Shown here piece after piece: positions 37,296-46,543 of a stretch of 64,000 bases of DNA. The translations under genes were made by a program, and so were the position numbers. Below the pieces are notes generated by a model that did not search any database, had not been told where the DNA came from, and saw only the letters and a program-made list of their open reading frames with translations. The stretch is from a virus, in the IMG/VR virus record IMGVR_UViG_3300042691_041718, positions 32,001-96,000 of that record. One strand, 5' to 3'. The number at the start of each line of letters is the position of its first letter. Position 1 is the first letter of the stretch.

Positions 37296-38174
37296 ATGAG
37301 AAAGTGGAATAATGATGAATTGGATTTTTTGTTATCTAATTATGCTAAAGAGGGAATTAGCTTTTGTTCTAATTTTCTTAATAGAACACAAAGAAGTGTT
37401 CAAAAAAAGGCCTCAAAACTTGGATTGAAAGTTGACATTGAAACGATTAAGTCTCTTAGATCATCAACTGTAAAATGTAGTTGGGAGAAAAGAAATGACT
37501 CACAAAAAAACCTAAATAAGGTATTAAACGTGTCAATTGATGACATTTATACTAATCCTACATTTTTATATATTTTAGGTTATATATGGGGTGATGGTTA
37601 TATTCATAATGGTGGTCTTGGTAAATCAAATTCGGTATCGTTAGAAATTATTAAAGATGATGGTTTGGATATTTATGAAAAGATGATGTCGGTTATAAAT
37701 TGGAATATTTCATATAGAAAAAGAAATAATAGAAAAGAGCAAATTTGTTTTTCTATATATAATAGAATATTAATTGAATATTTAGTATCTTTAGACTATC
37801 ATAAGAAATCTTATAATTATCCTATAATTTTAGATAATTTAAGTTTTGATATGAAAAGGTATTTTTATATGGGATTGTCGGATGCTGATGGTTGTTTTTA
37901 TTATAATTCGAAACATTATAATACACAATATTCAATATCATCCACCATTAATCAGGATTGGAGACACATCTCTGATATTTTTGATTATTTAGGTATAGAA
38001 TATAAAATTAAAAAGAGAGAGACTATAAATAAAAGTGGTAATATTCACACACACTCTTTGGTTTTAATATCCAATAAAAAAGATGTTTTAAAATTTGGAG
38101 ATTATTTATATGGTGATGATTTTATAGGATTGAAAAGAAAATATGAAAAATATCTTTATATAAAAAATTTGTAA
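37296..38174 (+). CDS. Free-standing LAGLIDADG homing endonuclease with N-terminal HTH-like segment
   Basis: YILGYIWGDGYI and FYMGLSDADGCF; N-terminus W..DE..FL..NY. Confidence 0.85.
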   Translation: MRKWNNDELDFLLSNYAKEGISFCSNFLNRTQRSVQKKASKLGLKVDIETIKSLRSSTVKCSWEKRNDSQKNLNKVLNVSIDDIYTNPTFLYILGYIWGDGYIHNGGLGKSNSVSLEIIKDDGLDIYEKMMSVINWNISYRKRNNRKEQICFSIYNRILIEYLVSLDYHKKSYNYPIILDNLSFDMKRYFYMGLSDADGCFYYNSKHYNTQYSISSTINQDWRHISDIFDYLGIEYKIKKRETINKSGNIHTHSLVLISNKKDVLKFGDYLYGDDFIGLKRKYEKYLYIKNL

Positions 38175-38206
38175 TTTAATATTACTTTTTTATTTTTATA
38201 AAATTA

Positions 38207-38413
38207 GTGTTGATCATCATGAATAAGAGTCAAATTATAGAAGTTAGTTTACAATTCAGAAAAATTATTATAAACTCCAATTATGGTTTGCCTAATAAGT
38301 TTCTAAATATAGATGATGAATATTATTCAGAAACTTTTAAGTTAAAAATACTTTATAAAAGATTTCATAAAATAGAAAAGATATGGAAAAGTGGGAAGAC
38401 GCACAATCAGTAG
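38207..38413 (+). CDS. Small hypothetical protein
   Basis: ORF track; start uncertain. Confidence 0.4.
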   Translation: MLIIMNKSQIIEVSLQFRKIIINSNYGLPNKFLNIDDEYYSETFKLKILYKRFHKIEKIWKSGKTHNQ

Positions 38414-38736
38414 TTTGTATAAAACCATACTTAAATTATAGAGTTGGTGGTTCTTATAACATAAAAGGTAGAGGAAACTTGACTTTTAATGCTGACCCAG
38501 AAGTTGGTGGTAGAAAAGGTTGGGGTATTTGTATCGAAGATGATTGGTACGGATCACACGATGATAAAGGTAATCTTATAAAAGATTGGTGGAAAAAACC
38601 ATATTCAGAAAGAATTAAGTGGTATTATTTAGATTTAAATGAGTTAAATACTTATTTCATAACTTATGATGAATATTGGGAAACTAAATTGAAAGCGGAT
38701 AGAAGAGAAGATAAACTTAATCAATTAGGTATATGA
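38383..38736 (+). CDS. Hypothetical protein ending REDKLNQLGI
   Basis: ORF track; ATGA-coupled. Confidence 0.65.
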   Translation: MEKWEDAQSVVCIKPYLNYRVGGSYNIKGRGNLTFNADPEVGGRKGWGICIEDDWYGSHDDKGNLIKDWWKKPYSERIKWYYLDLNELNTYFITYDEYWETKLKADRREDKLNQLGI

Positions 38737-39113
38737 AGTATAAAGATAATAATTTTGTAAACTATCAAGATAAACAAAGAAATGGTAACTTTGATTACTA
38801 TTCAGATAAAAGTGATAGACAAAAGAGGAGAGAATTAGAACATAAATTGTCTATTTTTTATATGGGAAAACTTTCAAATAGAATTGAAAAGTTATGGTGG
38901 AATAATCTTAAAACATCTGATAAAGAAAAAATTTGTAGAGGTTATAATAACCAGTTAGATTATCTTTTACAAGATGAAGGTTATAGGAAATCACTTTGGT
39001 ATAGTCATAAAGTATTTGAGTCTTGGGAAGAATGGTTCGATTATATCAAAGTTGAGTATAAACCAAATAAGTCTTCTTATAGAAATGATAAATTGAAAAT
39101 GTTGGGTATATGA
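38733..39113 (+). CDS. Hypothetical protein ending RNDKLKMLGI
   Basis: ORF track; ATGA-coupled. Confidence 0.65.
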   Translation: MKYKDNNFVNYQDKQRNGNFDYYSDKSDRQKRRELEHKLSIFYMGKLSNRIEKLWWNNLKTSDKEKICRGYNNQLDYLLQDEGYRKSLWYSHKVFESWEEWFDYIKVEYKPNKSSYRNDKLKMLGI

Positions 39114-39343
39114 AAGTTCCTACTATTGAGGTGTTGGTAATGTCTTTATATAATGATATTTTAGATGCTAAGAAAAAATTAAAAAAATTAGAAAATGATT
39201 CAAGACTTAATATTTATCCAAGTCAGATAGATGTTTATCAAGAAATGAGTGAGTTAAAAAATTTTATTCAAAAAAATGAAGAATTATTAAGTCGATACAG
39301 GACTACAATAAGAGATGAAAAACTTAAACAATTGGGTATATGA
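39110..39343 (+). CDS. Hypothetical coiled-coil protein ending RDEKLKQLGI
   Basis: ORF track; ATGA-coupled. Confidence 0.65.
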   Translation: MKVPTIEVLVMSLYNDILDAKKKLKKLENDSRLNIYPSQIDVYQEMSELKNFIQKNEELLSRYRTTIRDEKLKQLGI

Positions 39344-39744
39344 CAGAAGATGAAGTTTTTGATATTATAAAGGATGTCTATTTTGAAGAAAACTTTGAAA
39401 TAAATAAAGCAAAGTATGCTTTTTTAGGTAAACCTAACTATACTAGTTTTCGTATAAAGAAGTATAATAATAAATTTAAAGGTTTTTATACTCATGTTAG
39501 AATACAAAATAAAGTATTAGGAAATCAAATACTTAATGATCATTGGGTTGTTATTGGATGTAATATTTCCAATGAGTATGAAATTGATTTCGATAGTGTG
39601 TTATCATTACAAATGTTTAAGGATTGGTTTGATGAATTGTTGGAAGCTGAGAAAAAGGTAGATCATTTAAAAAGTCGGTTCAATAAAATGAAAAGAAATT
39701 TTAAATCTGAACTAAGAGATTATCAATTAAAAAAGTTATTATGA
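39340..39744 (+). CDS. Hypothetical protein ending RDYQLKKLL
   Basis: ORF track; ATGA-coupled. Confidence 0.65.
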   Translation: MTEDEVFDIIKDVYFEENFEINKAKYAFLGKPNYTSFRIKKYNNKFKGFYTHVRIQNKVLGNQILNDHWVVIGCNISNEYEIDFDSVLSLQMFKDWFDELLEAEKKVDHLKSRFNKMKRNFKSELRDYQLKKLL

Positions 39745-40625
39745 AAGATATAAAGAGTTTTTGTAAGTTATTTGATTTGAATGTTCCAAATTTCAATGAA
39801 TTTGATTATTATATCAATCAATATAAAAAATTGTGGAGGTGGAAAAATATTGATGATTTAATAACATTATATGAATCAGCTGAATTAGAGATTGAAGATA
39901 TTTACCAGTTTAAATTGGATAAATCAAATGAGGCTATTGAGTTTCTTAAAAAATCGAGAGCTTATAATGAATTAAATGATGATAATTTAATTACTGATTT
40001 ACCAACCAATAAAAATGTTACTTTATCAGAAGATAAAAAATATTTATCTATCGATTTGAAGATGGCTAATTGGCAGGTTCTTAAAAAGTATGATCCATTC
40101 TTCCTAAATGAATTAGGAGATACTTATTCTGATTTCTTAAATAAGTTTGATATACATCCAATATTTCACAAGTCTAAACATTTCAGACAATACATCTTTG
40201 GTAATATAAATCCAAAAAGACAAGTTAGAGCTCAAAGAGTTATGATTGAAGATGTTATTAATAAATTGAGTGGTTTTGATGGTTTAACATTGGAATTTAT
40301 TAAGTATGATGAGGTTATATTCTCTTATGATGATATAAAAAAATTACAAAAAGAAGTTCTATTAGATATTATTAAAAATGAGTCTTATAATGTTAAAATA
40401 TTCAAAACTAAAATAACAGAAGATTTTAGAATAAATACTTATTTAGACTTTTTTGAAAATGAACTATATAAGGAGTTAACTGGTTGTGATGGTAGAAAAT
40501 ACTTTATTTACTTAAAAAAATACATATTTAATGAACCTATTGATATAAGAGACCTTTATTTTAGATGTGATGGTGACTTAGCAATCTGGGGAGTTGAAAA
40601 CTTAAAAATTGAACTAAATGACTGA
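39741..40625 (+). CDS. Conserved-looking hypothetical protein with polymerase-palm-like acidic motifs
   Basis: YLSIDLKMANWQVL and FIKYDEVIF. Confidence 0.5.
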   Translation: MKDIKSFCKLFDLNVPNFNEFDYYINQYKKLWRWKNIDDLITLYESAELEIEDIYQFKLDKSNEAIEFLKKSRAYNELNDDNLITDLPTNKNVTLSEDKKYLSIDLKMANWQVLKKYDPFFLNELGDTYSDFLNKFDIHPIFHKSKHFRQYIFGNINPKRQVRAQRVMIEDVINKLSGFDGLTLEFIKYDEVIFSYDDIKKLQKEVLLDIIKNESYNVKIFKTKITEDFRINTYLDFFENELYKELTGCDGRKYFIYLKKYIFNEPIDIRDLYFRCDGDLAIWGVENLKIELND

Positions 40626-40887
40626 TTTATTTGTATATGATTTAAATGATAATTTAATTGGTTGTCATAATATTGATTTTGAAATTCTTTCTGGTGAAAA
40701 TCTAACTCAAGCTAAAAATCGTAGCAGAGATTTTATAAATAAAAAATTTGGTATACAAGCCTTTGATAAGGATACAAAAGTAACTATACATAGAAACTTT
40801 GGTGAAGAAAAATTTTCAATTATATTAAAGATTTCAGACAAACAACTAACTAGAGAAATGATACTAACTAATATTTTAAACAAATGA
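40618..40887 (+). CDS. Hypothetical protein ending REMILTNIL
   Basis: ORF track. Confidence 0.55.
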   Translation: MTDLFVYDLNDNLIGCHNIDFEILSGENLTQAKNRSRDFINKKFGIQAFDKDTKVTIHRNFGEEKFSIILKISDKQLTREMILTNILNK

Positions 40888-41504
40888 TAGACGATTTATT
40901 TAATAAAAGACCAATTAGACTTGATAGAATGACTTGTAACTCTGGTGGTGCCGTTGGAACGGATACTGTTTTTGAAAATAAATGTATTGAAAGAGGTATT
41001 AAGGTTAGGGCTTTTTCCTATAAAACTAAATATCATGACTCACCTAATAAAGTTGAGATATCAGATGATGATTATAATGAAGGTGTTAATGAGATAAACC
41101 GTGCTAATAAGGTTTTAGGTAGATTTGGTATTCAAAAATATATGAATCTCTTAGCTAGAAATTGGTCTCAAGTTAAATATTCTAATCAAGTTTTTGCAAT
41201 AGGTAGTATAGTAAATCCTGGTAGTAAAGATAGTAAGGGTTATTATAATAAATCTAAATATGATATCGTTTCGGGTGGTACTGGTTATGCTGTTCAAATG
41301 GCTATCAATAACGAGAAAGAAGTTTACGTTTATGAACAAAATAAGAAGTCTTGGTTTAGATGGTCTTATAATGCTTTAAGATTTGTTCAATTAAAAGATA
41401 CTCCAAAAATAACAGAAGAGAATTTTGCTGGAATTGGTACTCGTGAGATAAATAGTGATGGTGTTCAAGCGATTGAAGATTTATTAAATAAAACTTTTAA
41501 TTAA
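40884..41504 (+). CDS. SLOG/DprA-like Rossmann-fold protein
   Basis: NSGGAVGTD, SGGTGYAVQMAI, FAGIGTRE. Confidence 0.6.
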   Translation: MIDDLFNKRPIRLDRMTCNSGGAVGTDTVFENKCIERGIKVRAFSYKTKYHDSPNKVEISDDDYNEGVNEINRANKVLGRFGIQKYMNLLARNWSQVKYSNQVFAIGSIVNPGSKDSKGYYNKSKYDIVSGGTGYAVQMAINNEKEVYVYEQNKKSWFRWSYNALRFVQLKDTPKITEENFAGIGTREINSDGVQAIEDLLNKTFN

Positions 41505-42483
41505 TAAAACGGAAGATATAACTTTTTAACTTTTTTTGTCCATTGATACCATTTTCTTTACAAGATTTTGATATATATTGCTTACCAATTCCGGTGTAAT
41601 CAACAACTTCCCTTAATGAGTTGAATGATTTTATTAAATCATCATTATCTGAAAATATTCCGATTTTATAAGATTTGTTTTTTCTATAATGTTTGTAAGG
41701 TGTATAATCAAATATATCACCATCATATCTAAAGGTTAGATTTTTTGTTTGATAGTATCCTTTATATACACAACATTTTTCTATCAAAAGTCGGTGGCAA
41801 TTATATTTAGTTGATGTTTCATTTACACTTCTACAAATATCCAATAGATTACCATCCAAATCGAATACTTGGATCTTTTTCATTCTACTATCAATTCTGG
41901 GTTTTTCATATTTTATAATTCTATCTTTTTGTTCTTGTATATCATAATTATTTATTCTATCTATGAATGACCATTTGAAGCCAGCTGATGTTTTTTGTTT
42001 ACCGTGACAAACTCTAGATATATGAGCTCTATTACCATTTACTGATAAAGCAGCTTCTCTCAAAGAATGATACTCTTTTATTAGATTACCATCTAAATCA
42101 AATTGAGCTACAGATTTTCTATGTGGGCTGTTTATTTTATTTTTTAGTTTTGATTGATCATTGTGCTTTCTACCAGTCCAGTCGTATCCATCACCACCTT
42201 CAGTACCATTTAATAAATCAAATCCCCATGTTTTAAATAGTGAAATATAAAAAACCTCATAAAAATCAATATCTTCTGAGTTTACTTCATCCAATACTTC
42301 TATTATCGGAATAGATTTGTTTCTTAGTAGTGAGATTATCCAATTGTTCTTCTTTGTGTTTTCGGATAGGCTATTGTTAGATAGATGACCTCTTAGTCTT
42401 CTTTTTATATTATTTGTTTTTCCAATATACCTAACTAATCCAGTATTTGGATCAGAAAGTGTGTAAATAAATTTTGTATTCAT
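41497..42483 (-). CDS. GIY-YIG homing endonuclease with NUMOD1 repeats
   Basis: FIYTL.DP....RYIGKT, LLNGTEGGDG, repeated V.QFDLDGNLI..Y.S..EAA. Confidence 0.85.
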   Translation of the reverse strand: MNTKFIYTLSDPNTGLVRYIGKTNNIKRRLRGHLSNNSLSENTKKNNWIISLLRNKSIPIIEVLDEVNSEDIDFYEVFYISLFKTWGFDLLNGTEGGDGYDWTGRKHNDQSKLKNKINSPHRKSVAQFDLDGNLIKEYHSLREAALSVNGNRAHISRVCHGKQKTSAGFKWSFIDRINNYDIQEQKDRIIKYEKPRIDSRMKKIQVFDLDGNLLDICRSVNETSTKYNCHRLLIEKCCVYKGYYQTKNLTFRYDGDIFDYTPYKHYRKNKSYKIGIFSDNDDLIKSFNSLREVVDYTGIGKQYISKSCKENGINGQKKLKSYIFRFIN

Positions 42484-42531
42484 AAAAAAGTTATTATATT
42501 TGTATTATATATAAAAAATAACATTACCTAT

Positions 42532-44025
42532 ATGACAAAAATTGTAACAAGGATAGCACCTTCACCCACGGGACCATTCTCGCATCTTGGAAATTTGAGA
42601 ACTTTAATTTATAACTATTTTCTTGCTAAGAAAAATGGTGGGAAGTTCTATGTGCGGTTAGAAGACACTGATAGAGATCGTTACACACCTTCTTTTCTCG
42701 ATTATTTCAAGGATATGTGTGATTGGTTAGGAATAGTTCCAGATGGTTCTTATTGGAACCCAGATCCATCAATTGGTTCTTTTGTACAATCAGAAAGAGA
42801 TTATTCTGATAAAGTTAAATTTTTGTTAAATAACGGATTGGCTTATTACGCTTTTGATACTAAAGATGAATTAGAAGTTCTTAAATCAAAAGGTTTAAAA
42901 TATGATGCGACTACTCGTATGTCTATGAATAACTCATTGACTAATCCATCAACTGATGTAATGTTGCAAAGTGGTGTTCCGTATGTTATCCGTTTCGCAG
43001 TTGAACCTAATGTTGATATTACTTTTGATGATGCTATCTTAGGAAGTATCACAATCAATACCAATACTTTAGATGATAAAGTTTTGATTAAATCAAATGG
43101 TATTGGTTCTTATCATCTTTGTAATGTTTGTGACGACCATGATATGGGTGTTACTCACGTACTTAGAGGTAACGAGTGGGTTAATAGTACACCATTCCAT
43201 GTAATCCTTTATAAGGCATTTGGTTGGGATGTACCTACATTCGCTCATTTGCCACTAATTATGAACCCAGATGGTAAAGGTAAGTTATCTAAAAGAACAG
43301 CAATGAAATATGGTATTCCAATTGCTCCACTTGGTTACACAGATGATTCTGGTAATTATGTTGATGGTTGGAAAGATTTAGGATTTGATCCAAAAGCTTT
43401 TATCAATTCATTGGCGTTAATTGGATGGAACCCAGGAGGTGATGTTGAAATTATGTCTATGGATGATATGATTAATTCATTCTCTTTAGATAGAGTTCAT
43501 AAATCAGGAGCTCGTTTTGATATGGATAAAGCAAAATGGATAAATGCTAATTATTTGAGAATGACTCCAAATAACGATTTGAAACCATTTATCAATATTA
43601 AGGATGATAGATATTCTGATGATAAGTTGAATAAAATCATTGACTTGGCTAAAGAAAGATCTGAATTCAAACATGATTTGAATACAATTGTTGACCTTTT
43701 CTTTAATGATCCGGTTATTACAGATATTAAAAAAATTGATGATAATTTTATCACAGTATTTTCTAATGATGTTGATGGATTTATCAAGAGTTGTACAAGT
43801 GTTAACTTTGATGTTCCAATGGATATCAAAGATTTGATTAACAACATTTGTAATAACAATGGTATCAAAATGGGTAAAGTGATGCCAGGGTTGAGAATGG
43901 CTCTTGTGGGTGGTATCTCTGGACCAGACTTAATGACTACTATGAGTATCTTAGGAATGAGAGAAACTATTAGTAGATTAATTAAATGTGTATCAATTTG
44001 TTATAATGATACTATGACAAAATAG
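42532..44025 (+). CDS. gltX: Glutamyl-tRNA synthetase
   Basis: RIAPSPTG..HLGN (HIGH), RLEDTD, DDHDMGVTHVLRG, GKLSKR (KMSKS), GWNPG, C-terminal anticodon-binding domain with LRMAL.G...GPDL. TATATTTG at 42495. Confidence 0.92.
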   Translation: MTKIVTRIAPSPTGPFSHLGNLRTLIYNYFLAKKNGGKFYVRLEDTDRDRYTPSFLDYFKDMCDWLGIVPDGSYWNPDPSIGSFVQSERDYSDKVKFLLNNGLAYYAFDTKDELEVLKSKGLKYDATTRMSMNNSLTNPSTDVMLQSGVPYVIRFAVEPNVDITFDDAILGSITINTNTLDDKVLIKSNGIGSYHLCNVCDDHDMGVTHVLRGNEWVNSTPFHVILYKAFGWDVPTFAHLPLIMNPDGKGKLSKRTAMKYGIPIAPLGYTDDSGNYVDGWKDLGFDPKAFINSLALIGWNPGGDVEIMSMDDMINSFSLDRVHKSGARFDMDKAKWINANYLRMTPNNDLKPFINIKDDRYSDDKLNKIIDLAKERSEFKHDLNTIVDLFFNDPVITDIKKIDDNFITVFSNDVDGFIKSCTSVNFDVPMDIKDLINNICNNNGIKMGKVMPGLRMALVGGISGPDLMTTMSILGMRETISRLIKCVSICYNDTMTK

Positions 44026-44043
44026 GTATTTGAATAGTAATAT

Positions 44044-44074
44044 ATATGAAAGGTGGATAAACCACCTTTCATAT
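44044..44074. other. Perfect 13-bp hairpin without a U-tract
   Basis: ATATGAAAGGTGG-ATAAA-CCACCTTTCATAT, between gltX and the next gene, overlapping a late motif. Confidence 0.6.
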
Positions 44075-44081
44075 TACTATT

Positions 44082-44651
44082 ATGTCTAGTAGAGAGGAGT
44101 TAATTAGAGTTGTTAGAAGAACACAGACATTCATATCAATATTACTATTTTTTATAGTTTTTTTTATTTGCTGGAAATTTACTAAATTTGATATAACTCA
44201 AGTTCAGATATCTATTTGGGGTAGAAGTGGATTTTTGGGTAGAGTTTGGAACACAGCTGTTTGTACTTTTGCCATTTCTATTTTCATAAACTCGGTTTTA
44301 TACCTTAGAAATAATTTAAGAGTAAGATATAAAAATATATTTTACTTATTATTTACATTTGTTTCTATTTGTCTATTTATGGTTGGGTTTTATAATATGG
44401 ATTGGGGTGCTATTCATAATTATTCCGCTGGTTTATATTTCTTTTTTTATCCTTTAACAATTTTTTCATTTTCTCACTTAAATAGAAAATATCTTTCTTA
44501 TAAGGATTGGTTACATTATGTCATACTTTCTGTTGGCATGGCTATAATTCCAATGATATTAATATCAATGTTTAAGGGTATGGCTATTGCTGAAATAGCA
44601 CATACTTTCTTAGTTATTCTTTATAATATAAAACTTTCAATGTCTGATTAG
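44082..44651 (+). CDS. Multi-pass membrane protein (DUF998-like)
   Basis: About six hydrophobic segments; QISIWG and IHNYSAGLYF. Confidence 0.55.
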   Translation: MSSREELIRVVRRTQTFISILLFFIVFFICWKFTKFDITQVQISIWGRSGFLGRVWNTAVCTFAISIFINSVLYLRNNLRVRYKNIFYLLFTFVSICLFMVGFYNMDWGAIHNYSAGLYFFFYPLTIFSFSHLNRKYLSYKDWLHYVILSVGMAIIPMILISMFKGMAIAEIAHTFLVILYNIKLSMSD

Positions 44652-44684
44652 GATATAATAAAACAATTCATTACTTTTGTAAAT

Positions 44685-44978
44685 ATGTATTTTGTGAAGT
44701 TTGAAAATATAGGAGTCTTTGTTAAAGAGAGTGGTAAACTTGTTAGTTCACCATGGAATCTTAAACATGAAATTTTTCAATTAGAAGAAGGTGAGAATTT
44801 CAAAAAAATGATAAGAAAGAGTCCTTTTGCTAATTGTAAAAGAATAGATTATTTTGATCCAAATAAAAAAGAGGCAATCCCAAGGTATATAATGGATTAC
44901 ATCTTAGACTTGGAAGAAGTGAAGGCTATTATAATTTTAAAAGAGCGAGATAATAAAATAAACCAAATATTAGAGTAA
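44685..44978 (+). CDS. Hypothetical protein ending RDNKINQILE
   Basis: ORF track; TACTTTTG at 44672. Confidence 0.6.
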   Translation: MYFVKFENIGVFVKESGKLVSSPWNLKHEIFQLEEGENFKKMIRKSPFANCKRIDYFDPNKKEAIPRYIMDYILDLEEVKAIIILKERDNKINQILE

Positions 44979-45412
44979 TGAAATTAGGTTTGGATATACA
45001 CGGAGTTATTGATAGTAAGCCTGAAATATTTGCTTTTCTCAGTAAGAGTGTTATTGATGCGGGTGGAGAAGTACACATCATCACTGGTGGTACTTGGAAT
45101 GATGAGCTAAAAAATTTAGTTGAACAGAGTGGTGTTATCTATACACACTCATTTTCTGTTTATGATCATTTGAAAAGTATTGGTGCTAAACAAATGGGTA
45201 GAATTAAATTCCCTGATGGTACAACACAAAGAAAGTTTGATAATGATTTGTGGGATAGTATTAAAGGTGAATATTGTGAGAAGTGGGGAATAGATTTACA
45301 TATTGATGATACAGAGGTTTATTCTAAATATTTTAAAACTCCATTCTTACTTTTTAAATCTAATGACGACTTAGAAAAATTGTCGCATATAGATATAAGA
45401 AATTTGATGTAA
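44978..45412 (+). CDS. HAD-superfamily hydrolase
   Basis: LGLDIHGVID, IITGG, HIDD. Confidence 0.7.
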   Translation: MKLGLDIHGVIDSKPEIFAFLSKSVIDAGGEVHIITGGTWNDELKNLVEQSGVIYTHSFSVYDHLKSIGAKQMGRIKFPDGTTQRKFDNDLWDSIKGEYCEKWGIDLHIDDTEVYSKYFKTPFLLFKSNDDLEKLSHIDIRNLM

Positions 45413-45415
45413 AAT

Positions 45416-45919
45416 ATGAATTATGGAACTGAGGAAAGTCCAATAAAGTTATTTAGTATAGAACAAGGAAGAGAATACTTAAATAATTTAAGATGTGAGA
45501 ATGGTGATTATATAATTTACCATCGTTTAGGATCTACTTATATAAATGATAATATATCTGATATATATGAGATTTACACATCATCACACAAATTGGATAA
45601 AATATACATAACTTATGTTGATGAGTGGTTGACTGATTTAAGACCACCGACAGGGTATTTATTTGAAAGTCCATTTCTTTCTGATTTAACGGAGCTATCA
45701 GGAGAGTATATATTTGATGATACAGATTATAATGATGAAGATGGTTATTTAAAACAGTCATTAACTGAGTCAGGTGGGTATAATATGATGGATGATGATT
45801 TTCCACTTGGTGTATTAGATAAATTAATGAAAGAGTTTGTCATTATTGGAAATAAAAGTAAGATAATTGCTGAAATAATTTCTTTTAGAAGAGATAGAAA
45901 ATTAGATGATATATTATAA
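45416..45919 (+). CDS. Acidic hypothetical protein ending RDRKLDDIL
   Basis: ORF track. Confidence 0.6.
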   Translation: MNYGTEESPIKLFSIEQGREYLNNLRCENGDYIIYHRLGSTYINDNISDIYEIYTSSHKLDKIYITYVDEWLTDLRPPTGYLFESPFLSDLTELSGEYIFDDTDYNDEDGYLKQSLTESGGYNMMDDDFPLGVLDKLMKEFVIIGNKSKIIAEIISFRRDRKLDDIL

Positions 45920-46326
45920 TGTCTTTGAAAAAATATAAAAGTAAATTTGATATAATCGAGAACGATATTGACAAACTTGATATTCGACCATATAATCACT
46001 GTAATGGTCAGTGGTGGTGGGGATTTTATTATGATTGGGATGATGATTATGATGATTATGAGTATGAGTGGGAGTATATTGAATGGGATTATATAAAAAT
46101 ACCGGAAATTGATTGGGGTTATAAAGTTATCAATAAATCATTTCGTAACTGGCGTATCAGTGATCCAAGTGTACCTGGAACTTATGTTGATATGGAAAGT
46201 GTTTATGGTAAATCCGAAATGAGAAATCGTAAGATAGATATGATTTTAGGTTTAAGAGAACCTAATTACCAAACAACTGTAACTCTTGGAGATTTTTTTG
46301 ATAGAATTGATAAACATTCAAATTAA
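45919..46326 (+). CDS. W/Y/D-rich hypothetical protein with subterminal RNRKIDMIL
   Basis: WWWGFYYDWDDDYDDYEYEWEYIEWDY. Confidence 0.6.
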   Translation: MSLKKYKSKFDIIENDIDKLDIRPYNHCNGQWWWGFYYDWDDDYDDYEYEWEYIEWDYIKIPEIDWGYKVINKSFRNWRISDPSVPGTYVDMESVYGKSEMRNRKIDMILGLREPNYQTTVTLGDFFDRIDKHSN

Positions 46327-46359
46327 TTCCTTATATTTGTAAAACAAAAGAGATAAGTT

Positions 46360-46542
46360 ATGAATGGTTCAGTAGATAGTATAGTTTATGATATGATTGA
46401 AAATACAACTTTGGATATCAATCAATATAATGATTTTTTAAGATTGATGGAAGATCATAAAAATAAATTGTATATGGAACAACTAAATCCGAATAGTGTT
46501 CAAACTATTTCTGATGAAGATTTCAATGATTTACCTTTTTAA
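46360..46542 (+). CDS. 60-aa acidic protein ending in an SSB-like tail (DFNDLPF)
   Basis: ORF track; TATATTTG at 46332. Confidence 0.6.
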   Translation: MNGSVDSIVYDMIENTTLDINQYNDFLRLMEDHKNKLYMEQLNPNSVQTISDEDFNDLPF

Positions 46543-46543
46543 T

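Noticed and set aside
36645-38174. Group I intron carrying the LAGLIDADG ORF
   Set aside because: The upstream phosphoesterase has all its motifs, the flanks are too short and AT-rich for an intron core, and no downstream exon is evident.
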